A stretch of DNA of 33,145 nucleotides from an uncultured Gammaproteobacteria bacterium (lineage in GTDB: Bacteria; Pseudomonadota; Gammaproteobacteria; JAKDMP01). How positions within the stretch are numbered: position 1 is the first letter of the stretch; each line of letters opens with the position of its first letter. Shown one piece after another: positions 12,608 to 22,418 of the stretch. Below the pieces are notes generated by a model that searched no databases, had not been told where the DNA came from, and worked only from the letters and a program-made list of their open reading frames with translations. The stretch spans positions 1-33,145 of the forward strand of contig CAZKOE010000004.1 in NCBI GenBank assembly GCA_964554305.1. The letters are read 5' to 3'. The translations under genes and the position numbers were made by a program.

Positions 12608-15600
12608 TTAGGGTCCGATCACGATGGCCTCGGGTCCGGAGCCGGCCGGAAACGGCGAACTCGCCATGATCGGCGCGAGCGCTCCGTTCGCACCAATGCG
12701 AAAGGCCGACACATCATTGGCCGAGTGATTGGCAGTATAAACGTAACGCCCGCTCGGGTCCACCGTAATCGCCAGCGGCTCGTTGCCGGCGGGAAACGGT
12801 GAACCCGGCACGCCCTGCAAACTCCCATCAGCGAGAATCCGCCAGGCAGACACATCATCGCCTGTATGGTTCGCCACATATGCATAACGGCCGAATGGAG
12901 CCACGGCAACCGCGCGCGGGCGTCTACCCGTACCTACCGCAATCGGTGAACCGGGCACCGGTGTCAGTTTCCCGCCCGCCCCGATCCTGTAACCCGAAAG
13001 ATTGTCGGTGAAGAAATTGACGGCATAAGCGTATGGAGCAACCGGATCAATTGCGATCCAGTCCGTACTCGAGCTGGCCGGAAAAGGCGAACCGGTAACC
13101 TCTGCATTCGGCAAATCCGTACCCGGATCGAGCGCATAGGCCGACACATTGGCGCTCTTGTTGTTGGTGACATACAAATACCGGCCGTTGGGTGTGATCG
13201 CGACGGAAAGCGCACCGCTGCCGCTCACCGGCGCCGTTTCGACGAAATCCAGACTGCCGTCGGCGTTGCGCGAAAAGACGGAAATGGCACTCGCGGCGTA
13301 ATCAGCCGTATAGACGTGGCTTCCATTCGGACTCACCGTGATCCCGTATGGACACGCGCCGGCCGCAAGCGGATAGTCGCCAACAGTAAGCAGTGCACCG
13401 TCGCGATCGTTCACGGCATAGGCCGTCACGCCGTCTTCGCCTCCGGCACCGCAGTTCGCTACATACACGGATCGGCCGTCCGGACTCACTGCTAAAAGTT
13501 CCGGCGACACGCCGGCAGCGAACGGCGAGCCGGCAACAGGAATCAGCGCCCCGCTCACCGGGTCCAGCCGCCAGGCTGACACCGACCCGGTGGTTCCGGC
13601 ACAGGGTCGTTGCGGATCGTGACAGTTGGAATTCACGGCCCAGACATAGCGGCCGGTCGGATCCACGACAACGGCATCCGTATGAAGACCCGATGGATAA
13701 GGCGCGGCGAAATCGAGTGGCACAAGTGCCCCGGCGGCAGTGCCCGACGACGTGGCCTCTTGCACGATGGTCCAGGTCGATACATCGTTGCCGGCCCTGT
13801 TGACGGCATACAAACGAGAGCCGGCGGCGTCCACGGCGACGGGAGAGTCGCCGACGGCAAAGGGGCTGCCGGCGATCGGAACAAGCCTGCCCCCTGAATC
13901 CACCGCAAAAGCGGAAATAACGGTGCTGTTCTCGTTGGCCACGTAAACGTAGTGCCCATTCCCGGAAACGGCAACGGCGGCAGGCCCGTTCCCGGCAGCA
14001 AAGGGGCTCCCCGCAACTTCCTCCAATACGCCTTGCGCACCGATGGCATAGGCTGATACATCGCGACTTCCGGCATTGGCGGCATAGAGGTACTGCCCAT
14101 CGGGGGAGATGGCAAGGGAAACGGGTTCGACACCGGCGGTGAAGGGGCTTCCGGCCAGCGCGTCGAGCGCCCCGTCCGGGCCGACTGCATAGGCCGAAAT
14201 ATCGCCGCTCCCCGCATCGACTACATACAGGTTGCGACCGTCAAGGCTCATCGCCAACGCTCTCGGCGCCGAGCCCGTGGCGACCGCCGTGAGCCGGCTC
14301 AACTCGCCGGTGGTGGGATTGATACCGTAAACGCCAACCGTGGCGTCGTCATGATTGGCGACGTACAGATGACTGCCTGGTGCATCCACGGCAAGCGCGC
14401 GCGGACCCGCGTCATCTACAAGCGATGAATCTTCACGGACGAGCGCGCCGGTGGCCGGATCAACCGCCCAGGTAGCGATCGTGCCATCGCTCCGGTTCAC
14501 GACCCAGAGGAACCGGCCCGCGAGCCCGAGCGCCAGGGCAGAAGGCGAATCGCCCGCGGCAAAGCAGTTCGCAGGATCCGGCGAAAGAGGTACAGCAGAG
14601 GTGGAACAGGCCGTAGCCCCACCGCTCCGCAACGGTACGAGCACACCGGTCAAGGGGCTCAGGCGCCAGGCGGACAGCTTGCCGCTCACCATGTCACTTG
14701 CCCACGCAAAACGCCCGCCCGCGATCGTCCAGTTGTCCGGAGCGGAAGACAGCACCGGACGGTAAGCAGGCCTTTCCGGCAGCAGTTCCATCAATGCCCT
14801 GCCCTTCGCGTTGGCGCCCGGCCAGGCGGCGATCTCCCAGGCGGCCTGAAACGTCGTTTCCGGGCGCCCGGGAATCACCGCGAACAACGAGCGACAAGTC
14901 GCGGAAGGATCCGTTGCCGTTCCGGAACTGTTCGCGCAGGCTGCGAGCACGCTGGCAAGCGTATCGAGCTTTTGCAATGTCACGTGGATGGGATCGATCG
15001 TCGTCGCCGGTTGCGCAGCCAGGAAATCCGACGGCTTCCCGCTCGCGATATCGACAAGATTCTCCACCGTCTTCGTCGCCTGCGCAAGCCCGCGAGCCCC
15101 AACAATCGTCAAACATCGACCCGTCCGGGTGTTGCTGGCCATTGTCACGCAGTCCGCGAAACGAATATACCGGTGCAGAGCGGCCGTGCTCGCCGTTGTG
15201 GTCAATTCATTGACCGTGACGGCGGGCGGAAAGGTACAACGGGGATCGACTGCGGGCTCGCAATAGGCTCCAATCACACTCATCAACCCGAGCGCTGCAT
15301 TACTGCCTTTGCCGGCGTTTCCGCCGTGCACCGTCAGATAAACCGTCTGACCGCTCGCCGGTTTGGGCGAAAAGTTCATGGCAAAGACACCGTTCACATC
15401 ACTGTGCGCGATGCCAAGCTCGACCGGCTCTGCTCCCGCGGTTGTCCCCGCCCCATAGGCCACCACGATGGCGCCGGAGATGGCGGCGTTGCCGCTCGCG
15501 ACGGTACCTTTCAGGTCATGGGAGATCGGCGGCTTGGACGGCGGCGAGGGCAATTGCGACGAACTGCCACCTCCGCCGCAACCGCCGAGCGCAGCAAAAA

Positions 15601-15703
15601 GACTCAGGCCCGCGACGATAGCTACGCCGGGGTGCGCCAAAAACCTCGCTCGGGTGACAACACGCTTCGCTGCCGCGATAAATGCTTCTCCTTCAATATT
15701 CAA
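12608..15703 (-). CDS. Lipoprotein: shared N-domain + long lactonase (Pgl/YncE-like) propeller repeats
   Basis: LGGC lipobox, VTVNELTTTA, many GSPF.AG..P..VAV.P.GRYLYVAN repeats; TTG start uncertain. Confidence 0.82.
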   Translation of the reverse strand: MNIEGEAFIAAAKRVVTRARFLAHPGVAIVAGLSLFAALGGCGGGGSSSQLPSPPSKPPISHDLKGTVASGNAAISGAIVVAYGAGTTAGAEPVELGIAHSDVNGVFAMNFSPKPASGQTVYLTVHGGNAGKGSNAALGLMSVIGAYCEPAVDPRCTFPPAVTVNELTTTASTAALHRYIRFADCVTMASNTRTGRCLTIVGARGLAQATKTVENLVDIASGKPSDFLAAQPATTIDPIHVTLQKLDTLASVLAACANSSGTATDPSATCRSLFAVIPGRPETTFQAAWEIAAWPGANAKGRALMELLPERPAYRPVLSSAPDNWTIAGGRFAWASDMVSGKLSAWRLSPLTGVLVPLRSGGATACSTSAVPLSPDPANCFAAGDSPSALALGLAGRFLWVVNRSDGTIATWAVDPATGALVREDSSLVDDAGPRALAVDAPGSHLYVANHDDATVGVYGINPTTGELSRLTAVATGSAPRALAMSLDGRNLYVVDAGSGDISAYAVGPDGALDALAGSPFTAGVEPVSLAISPDGQYLYAANAGSRDVSAYAIGAQGVLEEVAGSPFAAGNGPAAVAVSGNGHYVYVANENSTVISAFAVDSGGRLVPIAGSPFAVGDSPVAVDAAGSRLYAVNRAGNDVSTWTIVQEATSSGTAAGALVPLDFAAPYPSGLHTDAVVVDPTGRYVWAVNSNCHDPQRPCAGTTGSVSAWRLDPVSGALIPVAGSPFAAGVSPELLAVSPDGRSVYVANCGAGGEDGVTAYAVNDRDGALLTVGDYPLAAGACPYGITVSPNGSHVYTADYAASAISVFSRNADGSLDFVETAPVSGSGALSVAITPNGRYLYVTNNKSANVSAYALDPGTDLPNAEVTGSPFPASSSTDWIAIDPVAPYAYAVNFFTDNLSGYRIGAGGKLTPVPGSPIAVGTGRRPRAVAVAPFGRYAYVANHTGDDVSAWRILADGSLQGVPGSPFPAGNEPLAITVDPSGRYVYTANHSANDVSAFRIGANGALAPIMASSPFPAGSGPEAIVIGP

Positions 15704-15726
15704 AACGCCACTGCGTGGTTTCGGCT

Positions 15727-17757
15727 TCAGGGTGCCGTTGGCAGACCACCCAGCATGGGCGTTTTCACGGGCGCCGCAAGACCGATAAACTTGAGCAGTT
15801 TGGATGGCCCCTTATTCACCGACGAATTGGTTGCCATCCAGACATTCCCCGAGGCATCTATCGCCACTCCCTCGGGCTGGTTGATTACGGGATTCCTGTA
15901 ACCACCCGTCAGACCCGTCGGGCTGAGCGCGCTGCCGTCCGCCACATTCAACTCGGTGAGGCTGTTGCCGTGGAAATTGCTCACGAATAGGTGCCCCGCA
16001 CTGTCTATGGCCACGATGTCGGGCGCGAACAGGCCACCACCAGTGAAACCGTCCGCAGGCGAAAGCGGGCAACCGGTGTCACCCGGCCCGGGGTTTGCCG
16101 GGCAACTCGCCGGCGGCGTGTCACCCCCCACCAATTCGCTCATCACGGAGCCATCCGCCGGATAGTTCGAACTGTAAAACTCCGGCACCCAAACGTTCCC
16201 GTTGGCATCCAACGCGAGGCTTTGCGGCGAATACTGCAAACCGCCACCTGTGTAGCCGTGGGCCGGTGAAATCCAGGTTGCCGCCGAAGGTGAAAATTCA
16301 GCTACGCTGTTGCTGCCGTAGTTGGCCGTCCATACATTGCCCAGTGCGTCTATGCCGATCCCGAGGGGATAGGCGATGCCGCCGCCGTGGTACTGAGCAA
16401 TTTCGGTTCCATTCGGATCGAGACTGGTGATTGAGGCATTGCCGTTATCCAAAACCCAGATGGTGCCGTCAGGGGAGATCGCGATGACATACGGCCCCGG
16501 GCTGATGCCGCTGATCTTGTGTCCGTTGGCCGACACGGGCACGCCGCTGGAGTTGAACTCGCTGACTTCGGTACCGTCGCCGCCGTTCCAGTTGGCAACC
16601 CAGACGTTACCGCTGGCGTCGATCGCAAGGTTGACAGGGCCCTGTAACCCGCCCCCCTGAAAGCCACCGCTCGTGTTGCAATTCGCTCCGCTGTTCGGAG
16701 AGATTGCTGCACCAATTGGAGAAAACTCGCTGATATGACCGTGCGGGGTCTGACCCTTGTCCCAAGGAAGGTAATTGGCCACCCAGACGTTGCCTTGAGC
16801 ATCTATGGCAATACCCTCCGAGAAGCACAGGCCCCCGCCGCCATAAACCAGCGACAAGGTCCAATCGTTCGGGGTCGCACTCAACGCCGGCGAATAGATC
16901 TGCTGTCCGGATGGCAGCAGGTTGAAAATGCCGGTACTGTCATTACGGACGGACGCCTCGGTAACAATGCTGAACAAGGCGGAAAAGGTGTCGTCCTCCG
17001 CCGGACTGGTCGCATCGAAAAGACCGCCGCAGGCCGTCGAAGCGGGTCCATTGCTGTTTACGCAAGCGGCGGTAATGTCGGCCAGCGTATTGAGCTTTTC
17101 CAGCGCATAGCAGTTATCGGGTTCGCCGCTGCCGGTGCAGTCAGTGCCCTTCAAAAACACGCTTCCGCCGCGATTGTTCACCAGGTTCGCGAAAGTAGCG
17201 ACCGCATTCGCAAGTCCCGGCCCGGCCGTGGGCCCCGAAATGCCGACGATCCCGCCCGACAGATCGGTGTAGCCTTCCAGGCTGTAGGCCATGGCGACAG
17301 TCGAAAGCTCGTTGATATTCACAAAGTCGGGAAAATTGCAACCGTTACCCGAGCAATACGGTCCCAGGACGCTGGCGAGCCGGATCGCGCTGTTCATGCC
17401 CGAACCGGCATCACCGCCGCTCGCGACGGCGTAAACGATCTGCCCCGGCGCCGGCGTGGGAGAGAAGGTCACGCCCGTAAACCCGCCGTTCTGATTCGTC
17501 GTGACCGTGGCGAGATGTGTCGGCCCTGCGCCGGAGAGGCCGGCCCCCCAGAACTTGACGGTGGCGCCCGCAACCGGTTGTCTCCCGCCCATGACGACGC
17601 CCGAGAGCGATTCCGCGACGGGCGCCTGCACTGTTGACGATGCACCCGATCCATTTCCGCAGCCGCCGAGTGCGACGAGCAAACCCAACAGGCCGAGCCC
17701 TGCCGGTACGGCGAAAGCCCGTGAAATCGAAAAAACTTTACCGTTTGAGCGTTCCAT
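15727..17757 (-). CDS. Lipoprotein: shared N-domain + NHL-like propeller (close paralog of 9992..12577)
   Basis: ATG at 17757 after AAGGGGGAG; LGGC; GVVMGGRQP; NINELSTVA; ends KFIGLAAPVKTP. Confidence 0.87.
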   Translation of the reverse strand: MERSNGKVFSISRAFAVPAGLGLLGLLVALGGCGNGSGASSTVQAPVAESLSGVVMGGRQPVAGATVKFWGAGLSGAGPTHLATVTTNQNGGFTGVTFSPTPAPGQIVYAVASGGDAGSGMNSAIRLASVLGPYCSGNGCNFPDFVNINELSTVAMAYSLEGYTDLSGGIVGISGPTAGPGLANAVATFANLVNNRGGSVFLKGTDCTGSGEPDNCYALEKLNTLADITAACVNSNGPASTACGGLFDATSPAEDDTFSALFSIVTEASVRNDSTGIFNLLPSGQQIYSPALSATPNDWTLSLVYGGGGLCFSEGIAIDAQGNVWVANYLPWDKGQTPHGHISEFSPIGAAISPNSGANCNTSGGFQGGGLQGPVNLAIDASGNVWVANWNGGDGTEVSEFNSSGVPVSANGHKISGISPGPYVIAISPDGTIWVLDNGNASITSLDPNGTEIAQYHGGGIAYPLGIGIDALGNVWTANYGSNSVAEFSPSAATWISPAHGYTGGGLQYSPQSLALDANGNVWVPEFYSSNYPADGSVMSELVGGDTPPASCPANPGPGDTGCPLSPADGFTGGGLFAPDIVAIDSAGHLFVSNFHGNSLTELNVADGSALSPTGLTGGYRNPVINQPEGVAIDASGNVWMATNSSVNKGPSKLLKFIGLAAPVKTPMLGGLPTAP

Positions 17758-17799
17758 GGTTCTCCCCCTTGCAGCCGAGCCTGCCCCGGCGACTAACCC

Positions 17800-17834
17800 A
17801 AAAAAACGGGGTGACGCGAAAATCGCCCACCCCG
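17800..17834 (-). terminator. Intrinsic terminator after the EpsI-like gene
   Basis: CGGGGTG...CACCCCG stem followed by T7. Confidence 0.75.
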
Positions 17835-17905
17835 CATGAAAAACAGCAGCCTCGAAAGGCAACTCCAATAATCTTCGGCAGATTCCATCTGCCTGTTCAT
17901 CAACG

Positions 17906-18574
17906 TCAATCCGCCTGAGCCGCGGCCAGACGACGCGCGGGTTCGAGGTTGATCAGCGGCATCACCCGTTCGAGCTCGGCATGAAGATCGGCGATCGTGG
18001 CGTCCTGCCCCTCGGGTCCGACTTTCTTCTTCAGAATTACCGCCACCGGCACGACGCCGTTTACATAGGAGGTTCGAAACAGATTTTTCACGCTCCACTG
18101 CTCGGTCAGTCGTTCCGCGAAAGGCAGGCGATGGCCGAGGCACTCCTTCGGGGTACAAGCGGTTGCCGCTACCAACTGTATTTCATTTCCGGAACGTACG
18201 GCGCCCATGTCAAATACAACGAAGCCACTGGCCGTACGAAACCTGTTCAAACGCTCGAAGATAAGATCGTCGCCCTTGGTCAGGAAGCAGCCGATGCCGT
18301 TGTGTGCGCGTGGATCGCCGCGACGAAAATCGAGCAGGATCGGGGACGGCCCGAAGGTTCCCGCCGCGTACAGTGCACCGGTCTCCACGATGCTGCCACT
18401 CAAGTTATTATGCCAGTTTTTGAGCATATGCGAGGATCCCAGACTTGCCGGCACCAGAGTGATGCCCGGAACCTTGGCATTGGCTACTTGCAAGTGAGAC
18501 AAGTTAAGGAAAACGCTCGCCAGCACACCCATGGCGATCACGGCGACGCTTGCGACGATCAGTTTGAGGTACAC
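17906..18574 (-). CDS. Exosortase-associated EpsI-like protein (may correspond to the XrtJ C-terminal domain)
   Basis: GTG at 18574 overlaps the exosortase 3' end; one N-terminal TM; AHNGIGCFLTKG resembles the EpsI H-x4-C-x4-G motif. Confidence 0.65.
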   Translation of the reverse strand: MYLKLIVASVAVIAMGVLASVFLNLSHLQVANAKVPGITLVPASLGSSHMLKNWHNNLSGSIVETGALYAAGTFGPSPILLDFRRGDPRAHNGIGCFLTKGDDLIFERLNRFRTASGFVVFDMGAVRSGNEIQLVAATACTPKECLGHRLPFAERLTEQWSVKNLFRTSYVNGVVPVAVILKKKVGPEGQDATIADLHAELERVMPLINLEPARRLAAAQAD

Positions 18575-19524
18575 GGTTTCGAGCGCAGCCAGCGCGGAAC
18601 TGAAAAAAGGAACAACGCAGCACAGAAGAACAGCACGCCCCCGATGAGATAATCCGCCATCGTGCCGTGGGCGTCGGTTATGTTGAGTTGCATCGTGCAC
18701 CAATAATAAACCACCACGCCGCACAACCGAACGAGATTGAACACATAGGCGAGGAACACGGCCGCGACGACATAGCCGATCCAACGCGACCAACGCAGAC
18801 GATAGAGATAACCGATGACCAGCGCGAGATAGCCCATCGTCAGCGCGCCGCGCATCCCGTCGCAGCCGGGGGCGATGAACATCCCCAGATGTGGCGTGAA
18901 CATCATGCGCAGCGTGCCTTCGGTGACCGCCACTCCCATGAAGGCGGCGAAGCCTCGTGCCATATGCGCCGCGAAGTACTGCAGCGGCAGGTCAACCAGA
19001 CTGTTGAAGAAGCCCGGCGCCGGGTTCACGGCAATCAGCAGCAGGAGCGGAAACCAGGCTTTGCGCCAGGCCCGTGTTCCCCCGAACAGGAGCACCACAC
19101 CGCTTGTGTAGCCGCTGATCAGAAGACCGCGCGGAATGAAAGCGACTCCCGGAACAGTTTCAAGCGCATGCAAACGCACGGCGAAGAGGTAAGGGGAAGC
19201 ATCAATCAACAAAGCCAGTGCGGCCGTCACTAGAAGCAGCGGCAGTCCCCACCAAGTACCGCCGTGCCCGAAGTCCTCGAGACGCCAGGCGCGGATCGCG
19301 AGCACAAGGCTCGCTACCGGAATTGCCATGCCGATCGAGCGCAGCGGATCGGTGGTCCACGTTCGCCACAGGCTCTCCCACTGCCAAACAAAACAAAGGA
19401 CAAAACCGAGCGCAAGCAGCAGCACAGTGGAAGCAACCGCCAGCCAGGCGCGGCGCCGATCATCCAGCCCCGTGGTGGAAACCTGAGCGGCTTTCGCGAC
19501 GATTCTCGAGCCGGGTACACTCAT
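18559..19524 (-). CDS. xrtJ: Exosortase, J-like (exosortase/archaeosortase family)
   Basis: Multi-TM protein; DLPLQ; catalytic-type Cys in FIAPGCDGMRG; Arg in FNLVRL; adjacent PExPT-CTERM genes suggest subtype J. Confidence 0.8.
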   Translation of the reverse strand: MSVPGSRIVAKAAQVSTTGLDDRRRAWLAVASTVLLLALGFVLCFVWQWESLWRTWTTDPLRSIGMAIPVASLVLAIRAWRLEDFGHGGTWWGLPLLLVTAALALLIDASPYLFAVRLHALETVPGVAFIPRGLLISGYTSGVVLLFGGTRAWRKAWFPLLLLIAVNPAPGFFNSLVDLPLQYFAAHMARGFAAFMGVAVTEGTLRMMFTPHLGMFIAPGCDGMRGALTMGYLALVIGYLYRLRWSRWIGYVVAAVFLAYVFNLVRLCGVVVYYWCTMQLNITDAHGTMADYLIGGVLFFCAALFLFSVPRWLRSKPCTSN

Positions 19525-19650
19525 GACACTGAATTTTACACCGTAATGACAAGAAGAGTGCGGAAACAGATCGGCCGTAAATCTCGCGCCAACACAACTA
19601 TCGAAACTACAACACCCAGCAAACCGGCGCACCGTCGAGCACGAACAGTT

Positions 19651-19683
19651 AAAAAAACCCGACACCCCACGCCGGGCTCGGGT
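19651..19683 (-). terminator. Intrinsic terminator after PExPT gene 19767..19976
   Basis: ACCCGA...TCGGGT stem ending in a T7 run; a second hairpin GCCCCGCCG/CGGCGGGGC lies at ~19714-19742. Confidence 0.7.
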
Positions 19684-19766
19684 ATTCAGCAGCCCTTAAC
19701 GGGGGGCTCACAAGCCCCGCCGCGCAGCTGACACGGCGGGGCCCGATTCCTTGCTGGTTCGATTTC

Positions 19767-19976
19767 TTACTTGTCGTGCTTGCTGCGGCGGCGTCGAACA
19801 ACCGAGCGGACCCACGGTACACCCGCTGCAACCGCACCGATACCGGCAAGAATCCAGGTCGGGTTCTCGGGCGAGTTCACGCAGCCACCGAAGGCGAAGG
19901 CCGTCGAGGCCAAGCAACTCAGACCGACCACGGCCGCTCCGCCGGTAAGCGTCAGCATCAAAGTACGTTTGAACAT
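19767..19976 (-). CDS. PExPT-CTERM (XrtJ-associated TM-motif-TM) small protein, copy 1
   Basis: Signal peptide + GGCVNSPENPT + TM + RRRR tail; GGAGG upstream. Confidence 0.88.
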   Translation of the reverse strand: MFKRTLMLTLTGGAAVVGLSCLASTAFAFGGCVNSPENPTWILAGIGAVAAGVPWVRSVVRRRRSKHDK

Positions 19977-20023
19977 GGTGTTTCCACCTCCTCTGTCAAG
20001 AGAAAAATTAAAAGGTCAATCGC

Positions 20024-20052
20024 AGTATAGGCCACATCGTCAAAGAATGCAA
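20024..20052 (-). promoter_or_regulatory. Sigma70-like promoter of PExPT copy 1
   Basis: TTGCAT-17 nt-TATACT. Confidence 0.7.
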
Positions 20053-20170
20053 GCCTTTTTCGGCCAACCCGTACCCCTCCCGCAACAACGGGAGAAGGAC
20101 CTCACACCGATCGCAGCCGACCGCATCTCACAATCTCGGCCCGGACAGGGCGTTCCGGCCCTTCTTCCCT

Positions 20171-20208
20171 CGGTAGCAGGAGGGGGCGTGACGCCCCTCC
20201 TGCTACCG
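20171..20208. repeat. Near-perfect inverted repeat (~17-bp arms)
   Basis: CGGTAGCAGGAGGGG(G)CG-TGA-CGCCCCTCCTGCTACCG. Confidence 0.8.
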
Positions 20209-20265
20209 GATGCCAGAGCCCTCTCACTGCCAACGGCACAGAAACCGGGCCTCAATCCGCGGCAA

Positions 20266-22260
20266 TTACGGGGTGAACCCGTCGCTGCCGGTCGCGGCCA
20301 CGAGCGGTGTGCGCGTGGGCGCGGCCAGACCAATGAATTCGGTCAGGGAGTCGTTGGACGAATTGCTCACCCACAGGTTGCCGGAGGCATCCACCGCGAT
20401 CGAGAAGAACGCCGGATTGCACAGCCCGCCACCGGTGTAGCCCGTGCTCGGCGAAAGCGCCGCAACCACGGTACCGCTGGCCGGGGCCTTGAACTGGCTG
20501 ACGCTGCCAACGGCGCAGTTGGCGACGGAGGATGCCGTCGTTCCGTAGTTCGAGACCCAGATGTTGCCGTCCGCGTCAATGGCTACGCCATACGGCGAGT
20601 CGAGTCCGCCACCGGTGTAACCGGTGTCGCTGCCAAAAGTGGCCCCGATGCCAAAGAAAACGCCCGGATAGTAGTAGTTGATCGTATTGTTGCCACTACT
20701 CGCGATCCAGAGATTTCCGTCACCCCCAAGGGCTATACCAACGGGATGATCAAGCTGCCCGTTTCCACCCACGCAAGTTGCATAGTAAAAAAAGAACCAA
20801 CCGAACTTGCAGATATAACCGTTATTGTAACTCGTGGCCCACGGAGCCCCGCCAGTAGCGGCGCCTGAGGCGATGCCCATGGCCCCACTGAGGTTGCTGC
20901 TGGTGATCGGGCCGGTAAATATGGAGGTCGAGAACGAATACCCGGTGACGGAGCTATTGCCGAAATTCGCGGTTCCCAGATAAACGCCGTTGCCGCCGAA
21001 GTTTTCGAAACCGATGCCATAAGGCTGGCTGATCCCACTGCCGACCGTCGCAATCGGCGGCACAAAGGTTCCGTTTGCCGTCTGAAACTCGCTGATTGAG
21101 CTGTTGCCGTTGTTTGCGGTCCAGACGTTACCGTTCGGACCCACGGCAATGCCGATGGGTGCGACAAGCCCTGCCGTGCTCGTCGTGAGAATCGGAGCTC
21201 CAATCGGACTGAACTCGCTGATCGAGTTGCCGGCGTTGTTTGCGACCCAGACATTGCCCGCGGCATCAACGGCAATGCCCATGGGAGCATCGAGCCCGTT
21301 ACCCGTGTAGTTAAGCGCGAGGGTCCAGGCATTGGGGGCGGCCTGCAGTCCCGGAGTGTAGATCTTGGTCAGCGGGTTAAGCGCATACAGCGTCGCCCCC
21401 GCATTGCGTACTGCCGAGGCGGTCGCCACGTTGTAGAGCGCCTGGAAGACATTGGCCGGCACGTTGCCGCCAGCCGTCGTCCCGTTGAAGAAACTCGTAC
21501 ACACGCCCGCACCGGCAGACGGGCTGTTCACACAGGCCGCCGCGATGTTGGCCAACGTATTGAGCGTCTCCAGCGCCGCACAGTTCACCGGCTCCCCGCT
21601 GCCCGTGCAGGCCTGCCCACCATCCGTTCCCGGCACATTGCCCGTGCCGTTATCGGAGTTGACCAGATTGGCAAACGTGGCGGCCGCATTGGTCAGCCCA
21701 GCCAGGGCATTCGAATCGTTACCCGCCACCGCCACGTTCACCGACGTACCGGTAATGCTCGTGAACCCACCCATGCTGTAAACCATGGCGGTCGTGGCCA
21801 ACTCGTTGATGTTGACGTTGGTCAGATTGGTGCAGCCGTAGTCCTCACAGACCCCCGCCACGGTCCCCATCAGGATCGCTGTGTTGGAACTGTCGCTGCC
21901 TGAACCGTCGCCTCCGGCCGCCGTCACATAGACAATCGCCCCGGTTCCGGGTACGGGGGCAAAACCCGCAACCGAGAAATTACCGTGTGCGTCGGTCGTG
22001 GCCGTGGCGATCACCGGAGCGGGCATTCCGCCCTGCCCGGCCATGTAGACCGTAATCCGGGAGCCCACGACCGGCTGGCGTCCTCCGAAAACCGTACCCG
22101 AGAACGCCGCACCTCGCGCCACTGGCGCCGCCGACGCACCGGAACTGCTGGAGGAGCCGGCCGGACAACCCGCCAGCAAGCCGAGACCGCCCACCAGCGC
22201 GGTGCCCGCAAAGCCCATGGCGATGCGGGACGCCAAAGAAGAAACCGAAATCTTGAACAT
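20266..22260 (-). CDS. Lipoprotein: shared N-domain + NHL-like propeller
   Basis: LAGC; GTVFGGRQP; NINELATTA; GIAVD..GNVWV repeats; ends EFIGLAAPTRTP...GFTP. Confidence 0.88.
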   Translation of the reverse strand: MFKISVSSLASRIAMGFAGTALVGGLGLLAGCPAGSSSSSGASAAPVARGAAFSGTVFGGRQPVVGSRITVYMAGQGGMPAPVIATATTDAHGNFSVAGFAPVPGTGAIVYVTAAGGDGSGSDSSNTAILMGTVAGVCEDYGCTNLTNVNINELATTAMVYSMGGFTSITGTSVNVAVAGNDSNALAGLTNAAATFANLVNSDNGTGNVPGTDGGQACTGSGEPVNCAALETLNTLANIAAACVNSPSAGAGVCTSFFNGTTAGGNVPANVFQALYNVATASAVRNAGATLYALNPLTKIYTPGLQAAPNAWTLALNYTGNGLDAPMGIAVDAAGNVWVANNAGNSISEFSPIGAPILTTSTAGLVAPIGIAVGPNGNVWTANNGNSSISEFQTANGTFVPPIATVGSGISQPYGIGFENFGGNGVYLGTANFGNSSVTGYSFSTSIFTGPITSSNLSGAMGIASGAATGGAPWATSYNNGYICKFGWFFFYYATCVGGNGQLDHPVGIALGGDGNLWIASSGNNTINYYYPGVFFGIGATFGSDTGYTGGGLDSPYGVAIDADGNIWVSNYGTTASSVANCAVGSVSQFKAPASGTVVAALSPSTGYTGGGLCNPAFFSIAVDASGNLWVSNSSNDSLTEFIGLAAPTRTPLVAATGSDGFTP

Positions 22261-22418
22261 GACTCATACCCTCTGGTCCTGTATCAACCACGCGGGCCGC
22301 TACAGCATCATGTTCAAGTCAGGGTGCACAGCACCGGCTCGAAATATGCCCGACCCGCACGAAGCAGCAGTCGACGCACGACTGCCCCTCAACTCCTCGC
22401 CCCGCGGGGCTTGGAGTT

